Origin: Octopus bimaculoides
Lineage: Eukaryota
NCBI RefSeq assembly: GCF_001194135.2
Contig: NC_068983.1
Location: forward strand, 76,664,819 to 76,721,930
DNA: 57,112 bases
Direction of reading: 5' to 3'
The notes beneath the pieces were generated by a model that saw only the letters and a list, made by a program, of their open reading frames with translations, had not been told where the DNA came from and did not search any database. How positions within the stretch are numbered: position 1 is the first letter of the stretch; each line of letters starts with the position of its first letter. Of this stretch, positions 24,841-38,531 are shown piece by piece. The translations under genes and the position numbers were made by a program.

Positions 24841-25490
24841 GATGTGGCAGCCACCTGTGATGTCAGGTGTTTCGATATAATCGCATACGCTATTTTGGCA
24901 AATTGAGAGGAAGTGAATAAAATTGCGTCGCTTGTGTGCGAGTAAGATGATATTTCTACCCCCAACAAGTTTGGATTTCGCGATAAGAACAGTCATTCAA
25001 TATTCATGTGTTAGTTCCTGGCTTTATGTGTGAACAGAACTGCCTTCAAAATAGCGACCGTTTATGTACACACCAATGTAATGCAGTTGGCCTTCTTAAG
25101 ATTTCTAGACGTATCCTTAGACTATCAATGTTAGAGACTTGAAAGGCATTTTTGATGCACTATTGGATTCTATAGGTGAAAACGATTGCAGATGTGAAGC
25201 AAACAGCTTCAGATTTCTGAACAGACAATTTCAAAAGCTAACAAAGCTCCGACTGGAATTGCCGAGTAAATTAAAGTGGTTTTGAATAAAGTACAGTGCT
25301 TCATTGTGATCAAATCATGTTTTACCTTGGCTTAGGTCAGTGTATGGAGGTGTCCTTAAACGTCAACAGTTTCATTTTATTGGCTACGCATATCTCAAGT
25401 TTATGATACTCATTGTCAACGTAAGTAAGAGTCGTAGGCAGAGTCAATTATTTGGAACAAATCATTTCTAGCAATCAAAATATTCAGTTT
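24841..25490 (+). mobile_element. Heavily decayed Tx1/L1-type APE endonuclease fossil
   Basis: Ordered remnants: DVAA; VNRTAFKIATVYVHTN (cf. FRxVAVYAPN); VRDLKGIFDALLDSIG (cf. GDxNAILDPxxD); RCE..RLELP..LKWF* (cf. RLDHP..WTW). It may extend to ~26400. Confidence 0.5.
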
Positions 25491-26729
25491 ACGAATGTTA
25501 TACGGCACAGAGCCACGCTTCAAGTAGCATAAATTGTTGCTCACGCCACTTGGAAATTGAACGATACTTCTATGCTGGCCACCGTATCGTGCTTGATCGT
25601 ACGCCTGGCTAAAATACTTGGGTCTTGGTTTGGGTCAATGCATTCCAGTGTATCGTTTATGGCATGAGCAGGGTAGCCACTATCATCCAAAATTGGGCTT
25701 AAAGGTGAATGAAGGAGCGGACAGGGTAAATGAAATCTACATCACCTCTGTTATTTAACATTATCTTAGCTTCATAACTCCCTCTAATTTGCGTCTGAGC
25801 AGAATCACTTATCTATTCTAACGCATTTTATGGAATGTAGGATTTTTACTCCTCAGGTCCTGCTAAAAGTCTCTATTTGATGGAAGTCGATATACTTCCG
25901 TTGTAAGTGCATAGGTTCTTGAACGAAAAACATATGTGGCTTCTAATTGACAGCCGGTTTTTTCACTCTTCATCTCTTTCACAGGCTTGCAGTTTGGGGT
26001 CGGACGAAAGACTGATGGTAGGCATCTGGCACCTGGAACGCTATGAGGCAATCGCGGTCTTCTGTCGGTTGGATTACACAATAAATATATATTATCCTCT
26101 ACATTCTGTGAAAGGGTAGACTTGGGTTTGAGAAATAGTGTTTGTGACGGCATTCGGTCCACACATGATTATAAAGTTACTAGTAGATCTGTAGAAATAC
26201 AGATGTCCCAGTTCAGAATCCATTCCAGAACTCCTTGCTACAACACGGCTATCAAGTGGTTGTGGGTCATCAGTTCAGGTTAAATTCTAGAGGCATGGGA
26301 ATACAGAAATACGCGCTGGTCAAAGGGACCTTCTTCATTCGCCCGTTCAATGATGGTCATTGCTTATCTGCAAAGTTATATCGAGAAGCTATTAAATAAG
26401 TTCTCGGTGAAGAAACCTCTGGCCGACAAAATCAGACAGTTTTACATACACTGATAACTATAGGGAAAGAGGGTACGCGTGAAGTGATTTCTGTCGAAAT
26501 TTTTGCTAATACACATGTGGGAATTTATGAGTGTCACTGTAGATTTATGCATTACACACATACACCCAAGTGTGTCACATCGTATGAATTGCATCTCTCT
26601 ATATTTCGTCTTCCGTGGCTTTACTGTTATTTATGTCGTGTTTCATCGAACACTCAGGGCATTAAGACCTCCGCCATCTTGCGATTTATCCCTGTAACAT
26701 TCCTTCATTTTTCGTAATTCTAGCCAAAT

Positions 26730-27430
26730 TAAGAACTCATTATCATTATTATAGCTAAATGAGATGACGATGTTGCTATTAATGTTATTTTTAGTACTCT
26801 CGTTGCTTGTAGTGCTCTAGTACTTTGGCTATTGTAGTTACAGCTGCTTTAGTCCTTAAAATAGAACATTACTTTATATTTTTGTTACTGTAAAAGAAAT
26901 TATGATTATATTGTAGTGGTCATTGTTGTGGTTGTTATGTTTTCTTTTGTTGTTCCCGTTCTTTTTAAGGATGATATCGTTATTTCAATTTTTTCTATTT
27001 GCATTCTTATTCCTTCTTTTAGTAGTATTCGTTTTTGAGTGCTAACGGTGTTGCTGGTGCTATTCATTTTCTTGCTACTTGGTTTATTATTAAATATGTT
27101 GAGATTGTTTCCTATTATATTTTTTTTAAAAATCAAGTGTTGTTTTGTTGATAAGTTTGTTAGTATTTTTTAAATATTATTTTATTAATATTCATTTGTT
27201 GTGAATTTATGCTTTACTTTTTTATGTTTATATTGAAATTTTTGTTGTCGCTGTAGTTGTTATTGTTAATGGTTCTGTTATTGTTATTGTTAATGGCATT
27301 GCAATATTTTATGTTGATGGTGTCAATCAATTTGTTTTTGTTGTTGTTTTATGACTATTATTGATTATTTAAATTACTGTTATTATTGGTGCCATAATTA
27401 TTACTACTGTAGTTGTTGCTACTGCTATCC
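26730..27430. repeat. Degenerate (TTG/TTA/TAG)n low-complexity tract
   Basis: T-rich strand built of decayed trinucleotide runs; it explains the T/N/K-rich minus-strand ORF. Confidence 0.7.
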
Positions 27431-27539
27431 ACATAACCTACTGCTCGTCTTCTATTAAGTAGCAGCAGCAGCATATTCCAGTTCTACCCAGCTTATCTTT
27501 ATGAGACACATGCTGCCATTACCAATGTGCAAAGCATCT

Positions 27540-27631
27540 ATATCATATATCATATATATATATATATGTAAATACATGCAGGCATACATACATATACTAC
27601 ATACTGTATGTATGTATTTATATATATATAT

Positions 27632-27682
<51 letters not shown>

Positions 27683-27693
27683 NNNNNNNNNNN

Positions 27694-27736
<43 letters not shown>
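27540..27736. repeat. Compound TA/CA microsatellite spanning N gap 27683-27693
   Basis: Directly visible. Confidence 0.95.
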
Positions 27737-27739
<3 letters not shown>

Positions 27740-28149
27740 TAGATAAGAGTCAGTATGTGTGCGTAAATAGCATTGATATATGAGAAAACACGCACACCTT
27801 CGCGATTACAGACACACATATATGCCTACATGTATTGTGTATGCATAGAGCAAGACACGTTAGTTAAGTGATGCATCACTTCTTTTTAATTTATGATGTA
27901 ATTAACTGTGTATCGATTTATGTGTTATCGCAATATTCTATTCCAATATATTGATGTAATGTGGCCGTTCAGTCAATGGCAAATACTTGCAGACATTTGC
28001 TTAGTGTTGGGTCCAATGGTTTAGATTTCATTTCAACCTTCGAATCTGTCACCATGGTGATATACAATATATTCACGTTGTCATCACGGTACCTACCTCT
28101 CTCACTGTCTCATTTTTCTCCAAGACCTTTACACTACGAACACACACAC

Positions 28150-28161
28150 ACTGTATGTCTG

Positions 28162-28204
<43 letters not shown>

Positions 28205-28263
28205 ACCTCTCTATATATATCATATATGTATATATTTCTGTTTTTCATATATGTATACACACG

Positions 28264-28345
<82 letters not shown>
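28150..28345. repeat. Compound (TATC)n/(CA)n/(TA)n microsatellite
   Basis: Directly visible. Confidence 0.95.
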
Positions 28346-31300
28346 CATACATAGAAACATACATGCACAAACACGTATCTATCCTATATTCGATTTGCAA
28401 GACTGTTGTATGCTGGTGGCGATTATTTTTTTCAAAATAAAAACACATTCTAACTCTATTTCGCTTCTGTTTATGATTATTAATCGACTACTTAACTAAC
28501 AAAGCAATTAATCATTTGCTTCATTAATCGTTTGATCAATTAAAATATCAGTTGGTTTTGAGAGCTGTTTCGTTGCCATGCACGACCTCATTATGGCTGT
28601 GCCTTAATTGCATGAGGTTTCTTGTTATGTATAGAAACTGGATAATTTAAGTTCTGTTTTTCTATTTATAATTTTTAGTAAGTGTGTGATTGGGAGTGAT
28701 TGACGGTATGAGCATTAGTGCATGACTACGTGTGTGTTTCGATAGATATTGAGATACATTTCTGTCGTTCGAACTTTAAATGTGTCTGTATATCATCTGT
28801 GCATGTTTATGCGCTCGTGGTTTGTGTGAGCGAATTCGCGTGGTTGTATACGAGCGTGCTTGCAGCGTAAAGATGCTAATGTATTTCGTTATTGGAAACA
28901 ACCTCTTTCAAACTAATATGCGTTCAACACTTAGGGTTGAGGTTTTAGAGTCACCAGTGTTTTGACCCTTGTATTATTCCTCAGCGAGAACTACCCTGTA
29001 TCAATCGATCTAACATGGGTTTTTAGCTCACGTTATAGTAAACTTTTTTCCAATGACAAAATACAAAAGTGATTATCATATTGACGTTCAAAACTAACAT
29101 ACGCATAATCATTATTATTCTTACTGTTTATCAGGAATATGACGGTGCCTTATTAGTTAGCAGATATTACTGCACGTTAGTAAACAGATCATTTGCTGAT
29201 TCGTATAAACCTAACTGACGAAACGCTCAACAAGCCCTTACCCCAAGGAATCGAGTGGTTTATGAAAATCTTTCGTCTGAAAGGAGATGTTATATAATAA
29301 ACACCACAGTGTACAAGATGTATTACATCCTCAGTTTTGGTGACAGACGTAATTTATTTGGGAAGTTAATATTATAAAATGGTAAATCATCCAAAATGTG
29401 CCACTGTATTATTCAAAATGCATAATGTGGCATAATCATCCCACGAATTGATAATACAAAGCAATAACACATAATTTAAAGTAATATGATTATACTAGAT
29501 GAAGTTAAAATGCTAGTGCTACAGAAATAATGGATTTCAAATATAGGTACAAAATGCAAAATATAGAAACTAATCTCAATGTAGATTACATCGGGAAATT
29601 TGACGTTGCTTAGACAAAAAGATTTAAACATTTAAGATTATACAGTTTCGGAATTCTGGTGTACAGAAGCTAAAATTTTGTACTGTAACAAAACAAATCA
29701 GATAAAAAAAAACAGTAAACAAAGCAATCGGAGCATAAAATAACACTCTATTATGTTAATGTTTCTTAATAGCGAGGAATAAAGATAGCGTCTTGGGTGT
29801 GTGCTTCATGAAACTGTTGCTGCTGATTGTGCGCTGTCGGCATGTGAGTTGGGAGTATTCCTTTTCAAACCTCTCTGACGATTCCCGTTGCTGCTTAGAT
29901 GGACAAACCATGAAAGTCGAGTAATTTATAGATTGGAATATCCAGTCATCTATGACGTTAGTTATTTTCCAGTATACAGTCTGAATTCCGCCAGATCAGG
30001 GTAAAATTCTTTGTATGTCGAAAAACTAAATATTTTCTTAAATTCAGGCAAGACGAAAAGCTTTAACTTTTGGGTAGTACACAAGTCAAATGTAGTGCCA
30101 CATCCCAATTTATGCCATTCACTTTGCGTCTATACTGAAATTTATGAATATCATGCAACAACAGATCTTGTAACAGAATAATTGCTTTGTATTTCTCTTA
30201 TTCTGTATGCAAATGATTTTACATGATGAGTGAAACTGCCCTTTTGTGGACTTGCGGTAACGCAATATACGCTTTTCGATTACTTCCCTTTACTTCCACG
30301 TCATCTCTCTATATATGACAGTTTCGAAAGGTACTTGTTATGAATAAGAGAGTGCACCGTTATCACAGAGGATGGTGTGAGCAGTGCGAAAATGCATCAT
30401 AATGATTAATGATTTCGAATTTAGATCTCTATCTTCCAAAGTGTAGTTCACAGTAATAGTGTTTCTGTAAAATATTTAATATATCTATGTGTGTTGGGAA
30501 GTATACTCATAGTTGTGGGGTGGGGGAGAAATATTTATGCTTATATTGGCAATGTAATTATATAGAGAAGTGAATCATATGATTTTGCTACACACACTTC
30601 TCTTGGATTTTCCTGGATATATCGCACTTGTCATATCGTCGAAACCACTCACGAATGTAGTATTATAATAGGGTAACTCCGACAAATATATCTAGGTGGG
30701 AATATAAGATTGTATACGATTAATTTTAATAATATCTATTATGTGTTTAAGTGGAATAATCAGCTGATTGAAATTATGGTGCTGCAAATAGTTTCTTCGT
30801 TTGGCTTGTAATATGGCGAGTGCAACTTGCGTTTAAATATACAGCTATGAATAAAAGAATGTTAAGAACGATATCGCAATTAGTTCTAATCCTTGAGAAA
30901 TATTTCTAAAAATATCGCAGAAAATTTTGATCTATTTTTGTAACAAGATTTTTATTGTACAACTGTGATCTCCAGCATTCGAATTATATTAATATCAGCG
31001 CCCTTTACTGTTGCACACTCCTTATTGAAATGGAAGGCTGTTTTACTGGTGAAATGCTTTATCTTGTAGTGCATGCACACACATGCACACACATACACAC
31101 AGACATTGACACACGCACACACTGACACACACATACGCACATACGCAAAGATGAAGAATATATATTCGATATTCACGTTCAATTTGCCACAATAACATTA
31201 ATGATTCCCCATGCAGCACTCTGTGTAAATTGTAATTTATAAATATATATGTTTGAGTCTGTGTGCGTGTATGTGTACGTGTGTAATGTCTTTGTGCGCG

Positions 31301-33017
31301 CGCGTGTGTGTATGTGTGTGTGTGTGAATGTGTGTGCGCGTGAATGTGTCTACCGTAATACTGAAGCACTGCCAGTTTATCTACTTGCATATCTCTCATC
31401 AAACATGCTACAGGATACCATTTAAGTTTTGGTTTTTAAGTAATCAATTCAAGCGTATGCTCAGTGACTTATGGATCTATTCTCAGTCGATTCAAACGTG
31501 TCCATTATTGAACATGTTTCACAACGATCACTTGCCCATACAAAGTTAGTGGGGCAAACTTCACAAGCTACTAAGCTCTGTTATTCTATACATCTTTATA
31601 TAACAACAATCCTCGGGTAGAAGACATGTATGTGTGGAGCAATAAAAGATTTATCTTATTGCGCGCATCTCAAACTAACTTCATTCGCGGGTTCTCCGCG
31701 CTTATAAAGCTTATTTGTAACTATTGGGCCGCATATTATTTTTTTCCCCGAATTCAGCTTTCTATGTCCATATATTTCTTAAATACACGACATACAAAAG
31801 CCAATTATTTGAAATTATTAATTTCTTCGGAAAAACACTATTTTGTTTTATTATTTTGTGGTTATGGCTGAGAATTCTGCAATGCATACTTTCATGTTAG
31901 TAATAGTTGTGATAAAATATGTTGCTGAAGTATCCCTTTTATATGCTCGTTTTATTATTATTATTTCGTTGCACAAAGGTCATTCTTAATGAACGATATT
32001 CAATCAATTACTACCCTTTATCTTACTTGCGGTGTCTCTAGACACTCATTAGCTAAATTATCTTACCCCTGGATGTTGTTATAAAATGAGGTACAAGTTA
32101 CTGCTACCAGATCGATTCACTAGAGGGAGGCTTCCCTGTTGGCTCACATTGTTTTTATTGCCGGTGAGCGTTGCTTTGGTAACAAAATTGTATTAATGAC
32201 GTTACTTTCATTTTGTGGTCCTGATTTTTTTTTCTGATGGGTGTGGAGCGGGAATTGGGATTCTATTGAGATGTTAGTGTTATATTTTACTGCTTTTTGA
32301 TGTGTTTGTCGGCAGCTGGCTGCGTAGGAGTGACAATTAGAAAGATGAAGTACTGTTGAAATATTTATATTATACATGATGATAAAGAATTTGCTGTTAT
32401 TAACTTTCGTGATATATAAGAAGGGTAATTGGAGATTGCAGAGGTGGTAACATTCGTGTATGTTGTTCTCGTTCACATGGCTGAATGAGTGAGGATTAAA
32501 TTGCTAGGTGTACACCCAAAATAGGATGTCGTCTTTGTAGCGCTCTAGTCACACCCTTATCAGCAAGCTCTATTCCTTATAGATATTGTTCTGCTAATGT
32601 TGCCCTGTTATCAAACAGGATACAAATTTTAACATTCTGTGAAGATGTAAAATGTTATTGATTTACATTAGTGAATTCAGATGAGAGAAAAGCAAGATAT
32701 GAAAAAATACATAAAACTGTATCCTATGTTAATTATGTTTTACTTGATGAACAAAATGTTGCATTTTTTTTTGGTAATTAATGGAGGCTGAAAGGTACTA
32801 CAAAATACATCTCGTGTGAGTAATTATAAGGGAAGAAATGTTATTGCTGGAAACCCATCTAAAATGTGTGTATCCGTTTTTGGAAAATGAAAGACGGGCT
32901 TGGTTTTCAGTGAAGAATAGTGATACTAAACGAACTTATATAGCAGCATAACAACCTATCACGTCAGAGTACAAACTACGTGACATCATCATCATCATCA
33001 GTAGCAGCAGTGGTATG

Positions 33018-33260
33018 TTCATACAGTTCTATATTTAAGATATGAATAATTATGTACGTTACTTACATTTGACGGATATTTGTCCTCATCTTGTTTGGGC
33101 TCATATACCCTCCAGCGTTCATCAGATATCTTGGGGAAATTCCTAAGGTATTTTTCGATTTTATTGCTATTATTATTCGGACCACTGCCTGGAATCGAAC
33201 TCGGAATCTTGGGGTTGGTAGCCCGCGCTCTTAACCACTGCATTATATGCCCATGAGCAA
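33018..33260 (-). mobile_element. tRNA-derived SINE, family B
   Basis: Minus-strand head GGCATATAATGCAGTGGTTAAGAGCGCGGGCTACCAACCCCAAGATTCCGAGTTCGATTCCAGGC has A- and B-box-like motifs, followed by an unrelated body. No acceptor stem. Confidence 0.75.
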
Positions 33261-34158
33261 TTATGGAGTAAATTTTTAGGGCTTATAAATCTAATATGTT
33301 ACTATATGTTCATCGTCCGCATTTATGATTCTACGTGGGAATGTATGTAGAGTGAAACCATGTCATATATCTTACTTACAATAGGTTTTGTTGTCACGTT
33401 CTTTCTAAGCACTGCTGTAAACAGTGGAAGTGATCTAGAGCGGTAAAACTTAAGGCGAATGCACAGTAAAGATCAGGCTGAATCTGTGCCAAGCAGATTT
33501 ACTATACGTGCTTTAGGACAGTTACTATGGCAAAACTCCTGATACTTACTGATCAGACTAGGTATGTTTTCGTTTATTACTTTTGATCTGTAATTTGGAT
33601 AGAGCACGTCTATCACAATATGGGACGATAATTATAAGAAAACAACGAGACCAATCTACTAAAACCTGCTTAAATGTAGATAACAGCATAAACAAAGAAT
33701 ATGAACTATATAAATATTATTCTTAAATATATATGTATATGAAATATGAAAATTTAATCGAAACGTTTCACATTACTATATTAAAATTTTCCAATTGCAT
33801 TAGCAGCATTAGCTTTCTTGTTATGCTTAAATGAAACTATTTTATGAGACATATATTCCAGATCTTTTAGTAATTGCTATGATGCTAAATAATTATCACA
33901 AACTTAAAATGTCACTCATTCGGAATACCCTCCTTTCTGATAGCACGCATTACATGTGGATGGAAATGGATAACTATACTGTCAGATGAATCACTGACGG
34001 GAGGTTTTGCAGCAAATATTAGCAAAATACTAATCAATTTTCTGTTAGTCTGGCTGGTTTCCGCTGAAAATCAACACATTTTCAAAGAATGCTTGTAAAT
34101 CCCAACATTTTAACACAAGTAACTTACATGATGATGACAGAAAGCGAACACTAATATT

Positions 34159-34159
<1 letters not shown>

Positions 34160-34204
<45 letters not shown>

Positions 34205-34446
34205 TGTGTGTGCATGTAAATATATATATAAACAAATATATATACACATACTTACATACATACATACATACATACATACNNNNNNNNNNNNNNNNNNNNN
34301 NNNNNNNNNNNNNNNNNNNNNNNNNNNNNNNNNNNNNNNNNNNNNNNNNNNNNNNNNNNNNNNNNNNNNNNNNNNNNNNNNNNNNNNNNNNNNNNNNNNN
34401 NNNNNNNNNNNNNNNNNNNNNATATATATATATATATATATATATA
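34160..34446. repeat. Compound TA/(TACA)n microsatellite spanning N gap 34280-34421
   Basis: Directly visible. Confidence 0.95.
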
Positions 34447-36363
34447 ATGGAGAAACGAGAAAATAAAACAGTAAATTCGAGGAAGTTCATCACTTACAAA
34501 TACAATTGTTGAGAACTGCTGATGATTTATATTGATATGTCTTTGTTTGTGGTAGATGTATGAATTAAAGAACATATAAATCTTATCTCAAACAATCTGA
34601 ACAAATTAGCCAGTAACAAATGGGGTATTATAGATAAGATAATACCAGTAACAACAATATTTTTATAATAGTCTTTCCTCTGATTCTTATCTACTATTGT
34701 CTGGGTTTCTTTTTGCTATTCCTCTACATTTGCTTACTTTTTGTTAATGTTGTCATTAAATTCATAATAAGATGACTGCTATATCAGAGTAATCTAAATA
34801 GCTTTCTTAGCAATCAATAGTTTCGTGTTTTTTGCCCATATAACGTAAACAAAAGTTAGAGAAAAGTTTATGGTCAGCTTACTGAGCAGATATCAAATCA
34901 TATTTATTAATCCTTTGTTGTAGTCAGATTAGAGGCATTAATCCTGAAAATACAGAACAATGCAAGTGAGTTCGGTTTTCCAGGGCAACTATTTAGTTTT
35001 TAAAATTAGAAAATGTATTTTCATTTGTGATATTAAACACCATCCGTTGGTGCACTTGCTATTCTGAAATTCAGGAGTTTTGGCGAGTAAAGAATTGTCG
35101 CAACAACATTCATAGGGCCGCTCCAACCACTAGACTTATAGCAACTTTTAAGTTCCAAAAATTGTAGACGTCGGTCCTGGAGCCTTAGCATACATGAACG
35201 CGGAAAGTGTTGTCACCTAAGCATGTGTTAAAAAGAAAAGCCCTGCTCTATATTTCTCGAGAAAAATCATGAATCTTCAGATTCTGGCTTTATGATCAAT
35301 CTTTCCGGGCGTCTGGATGGAGGCATAGCGCATGCAAGAGAAGATAAAGAGAGTGTGTGTGAGAGAAATAGAGAGAAAGAGGACAAGAGAGAGAGAGAGA
35401 GAGAGAGAGAGTGTGTGTGAGAGGGAGAGGGAGAGTCACTATCTTTTATCAACATAAATTATGGGAAGACTGATATGAGTGCATTAGAAATAATGTGCTG
35501 TCTCTGGAATAGAAGATTTGAAGCGCATACAGATGTGAAAAATCGTGTTAATGTCACGGGCAAAAACTTCTTAACTGCTTACCATTATGACTCGATATCA
35601 ACATTGAATGTAGAGAAATTATCACAATCACAGTTGCGGTTGTTAGTAGCCACAATGCAGTGATGGCCATCATAATGATGACTTAACAGAAATAATAAAT
35701 TTCAGAATGAAATATATAGTGTACCAGTACTATGTCGAATCTAATGGATACTAATATAATTTCAGCTTCTGCATGTGATAAATACGTCACTGAAATATAG
35801 GGAATATATTAGAAAATTCAAGTAAGAATAAATCATTTTAAAATGCTTTTACTTTTACCAGAGTTGTACCAAAACGCTTTATTATTATTGAGTGATAAAC
35901 CAATGCATGCTATCAAAGTGACACTGGGGTACACATACACGAAGTCCAATGATAATTAGCTCTCTGATAAGAGTACACGAAATACATGCATCACGACCAT
36001 ATGTGCGTGACACAGTGATGCCATATCAAGATCAACAGCACTTAACTTTGCAGGTGGTGCCCATTTAGACTTTTTTCTTCAGTTCGAGCAACTAATTCTT
36101 CTCAAAAGGTCCATGCATAACGTTTTTTTTTATGATGATAAATGAAACACCCATGTTTCCAGAGGTGAATTATGCAAACGCCAAATAATTCCTCTCAACA
36201 ACTGGCTATGATGCTCCTCCACTACTCCTACTCATGATCAGTGATGAACATATCATCAGCATCTAAGGGACAGGCTCAACAGATTAAGGGCACTTAAGCA
36301 GAATATTTGCTGTAGGAGCCCGTCATCATCATCATCAACTCCTAATATAATAATGAGCGTGGC

Positions 36364-36366
<3 letters not shown>

Positions 36367-36396
<30 letters not shown>

Positions 36397-36772
36397 NNNN
36401 NNNNNNNNNNNNNNNNNNNNNNNNNNNNNNNNNNNNNNNNNNNNNNNNNNNNNNNNNNNNNNNNNNNNNNNNNNNNNNNNNNNNNNNNNNNNNNNNNNNN
36501 NNNNNNNNNNNNNNNNNNNNNNNNNNNNNNNNNNNNNNNNNNNNNNNNNNNNNNNNNNNNNNNNNNNNNNNNNNNNNNNNNNNNNNNNNNNNNNNNNNNN
36601 NNNNNNNNNNNNNNNNNNNNNNNNNNNNNNNNNNNNNNNNNNNNNNNNNNNNNNNNNNNNNNNNNNNNNNNNNNNNNNNNNNNNNNNNNNNNNNNNNNNN
36701 NNNNNNNNNNNNNNNNNNNNNNNNNNNNNNNNNNNNNNNNNNNNNNNNNNNNNNNNNNNNNNNNNNNNNNNN

Positions 36773-36798
<26 letters not shown>
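36367..36798. repeat. (TA)n microsatellite spanning N gap 36397-36772
   Basis: Directly visible. Confidence 0.95.
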
Positions 36799-36803
<5 letters not shown>

Positions 36804-37095
36804 CCAAAATCACGCAGTGGGAAGGAGAAGCAAAAAGAGTAGTATAAATGAAGGGAGAGGAGAGAATTCAGTGAAAGAGAAGTAGTGAGAGTAATACCCA
36901 TTCCTGAGAGAAAGTAACAGCAATGAGAGAAAGGAAGTTGTAAAGTGAGTGTCGTCATTATATATGCTTGCAGAGCCTTCCCTATAAAAATAGGGTTAGT
37001 GGACACTCAGACAAATCATTTCACCGGTGAAATGTTTTCATTACATTATACGAAGATCATTTTGTCTAATATTTCAGTTCCAATGTGTATGTGTA

Positions 37096-37340
37096 TATTT
37101 ACAGTATATAACGTCTGGTATCAGTTCACTGATAATTTTAGTTATCAGTAATCCTATAACGTATTTACAGAATATAGTGTTTGTTATCAGTTCACTGATA
37201 ATTTTAGTTATCAATAATCCTGTAAATTATTTACAGTATATAGTGTTTCTTATTATTTCACTGATACTTTTAGTCCTCCGTACTCTCATAGCTTATTTAC
37301 GGTATACAGTGTCTGTTAGCCATTCACTGATACTTTTTTT
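37096..37340 (+). repeat. 66-bp minisatellite, ~3.7 copies
   Basis: Units start at 37096, 37162, 37228 and 37294 with TATTTACAG(T/A)ATATA..TTCACTGATA. Confidence 0.9.
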
Positions 37341-37457
37341 CTGCTATGGAGAATGAAGAAGACAGAAGACAACTGTTAGCCAGAGAGAGAAAATGCGAAG
37401 AACAGCCAATCTCACACAAGAAAATTTAAAAATAGATTAAAATGAATATTCTTAAAT

Positions 37458-37834
37458 CAATCACAAGAAATGAGACAAGAGAGAAGAGCACAAGATGCAA
37501 GACTACAGGCTCGAAGACGTCAAAATGAAAAGGAGAACCTCATTGCAGAACGGAGAGATATCCAACGAGGGAGAGCAGCCAAAAATCTCGCCAAGATGAA
37601 ACAGAACAGCAGGCAGCAGAGTGGAGAGAACATCTAAGAATCACAAAGGCACCGAGGCGCAACGGAAGAGTAAGCAGGAGAGAGGAGAGAAGATCTAACA
37701 ATGAGAACATCGCAATGGCGACAAGATGAAACGGAAGAGCAAGCAACAGAAAGGAGTGACATCGAAACAGAGAGAACATCGCAAAGGCGCCACGGTGAAA
37801 CGGAAGAGCAAGCAGCAGAGATGAGAGGGGGTCT

Positions 37835-37869
<35 letters not shown>

Positions 37870-38531
37870 GGGAGAGAGTGTGAAGGAGAGAGACTAAGAC
37901 TAGGGAATGAAAGTGAAGAAGAAGCAAATGCTCGCAGAGAGCGAATGAGTAGAAGAATGGAAGAATTACTTAATACTAAAACGGAAGAACGAAGAAATAA
38001 TCGAAGGCAGCGGAATGCGAACGCCATGAAAGTTGTGCGAAGATTTGGAAATCATGGAAATTTAGTAAATAATCCTTCCTATAATGAAGAGAATGTTCAG
38101 GTTCATAACTGTGGTGACATGAAAACATCGTGTTAGTTTGTAGAACCAAATATTTTGCTTCAAAGCGACTATCAGACGGACGCTTTAACATTGATGCCAT
38201 AAAAGGAACGTCTTGCCGCCAGTTAGAAGGTAATTTCCTCCACACTTCCGATCTCTGTTGTCAAACTCTCAACATCCACATTATGCTAACTTCAAAGAAA
38301 ACATAAGGTCATACAGCTCAGCCCTATCTGTTGCATCTATGGGTGCTCACATTGATGACCCACAAGGACGAGGTCCATTCTGCTTTAGAGTGCACGGCCA
38401 TGTTTATCACAGGACTTAGCACATCCATCCAGTTGAGGCCCAATAGAGAAAGAGAATTTGCGGAACTGCATGTTGTTGACAGCGTTGAAGCCACCTCAGT
38501 GTAGGTTCAGAATGCAGCAAATGAAAGTTGT
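37458..38531 (+). mobile_element. Helitron RepHel N-terminal pseudogene fragment with STPR-like repeats
   Basis: About 8 repeats of 23 aa (ETEEQ..ER), then VHNCGDM..C*FC..YF..RL.DGRF..CHK (Cys cluster), then FKENIRSYSSALSVASMGA..GRGPFCFRVHGHVYHR and FAELHVVDSVEAT. These match the Helitron NIRSYNSALAFASMGA / GPYCFRIHGQIYH / FAQLYILD motifs. Confidence 0.88.

Noticed and set aside
32111-32163. Possible 53-nt exon IDSLEGGFPVGSHCFYC(R); similar isolated splice-site pairs at ~2733, ~11100, ~22201 and ~47238
   Set aside because: Isolated AG/GT matches are expected by chance in 57 kb of AT-rich DNA, and no coherent reading frame links them.
33190-33255. tRNA-like sequences at 33190-33255, 40580-40652 and the family A heads
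   Set aside because: They lack acceptor stems and run on into repeat bodies; these are SINE heads, not tRNA genes.
35267-35455. GCGCATGC (NRF1-like) site and GA tract as a possible promoter; short minus ORF MPPSRRPERLIIKPESEDS
   Set aside because: A single partial motif with no CpG island or transcript evidence.
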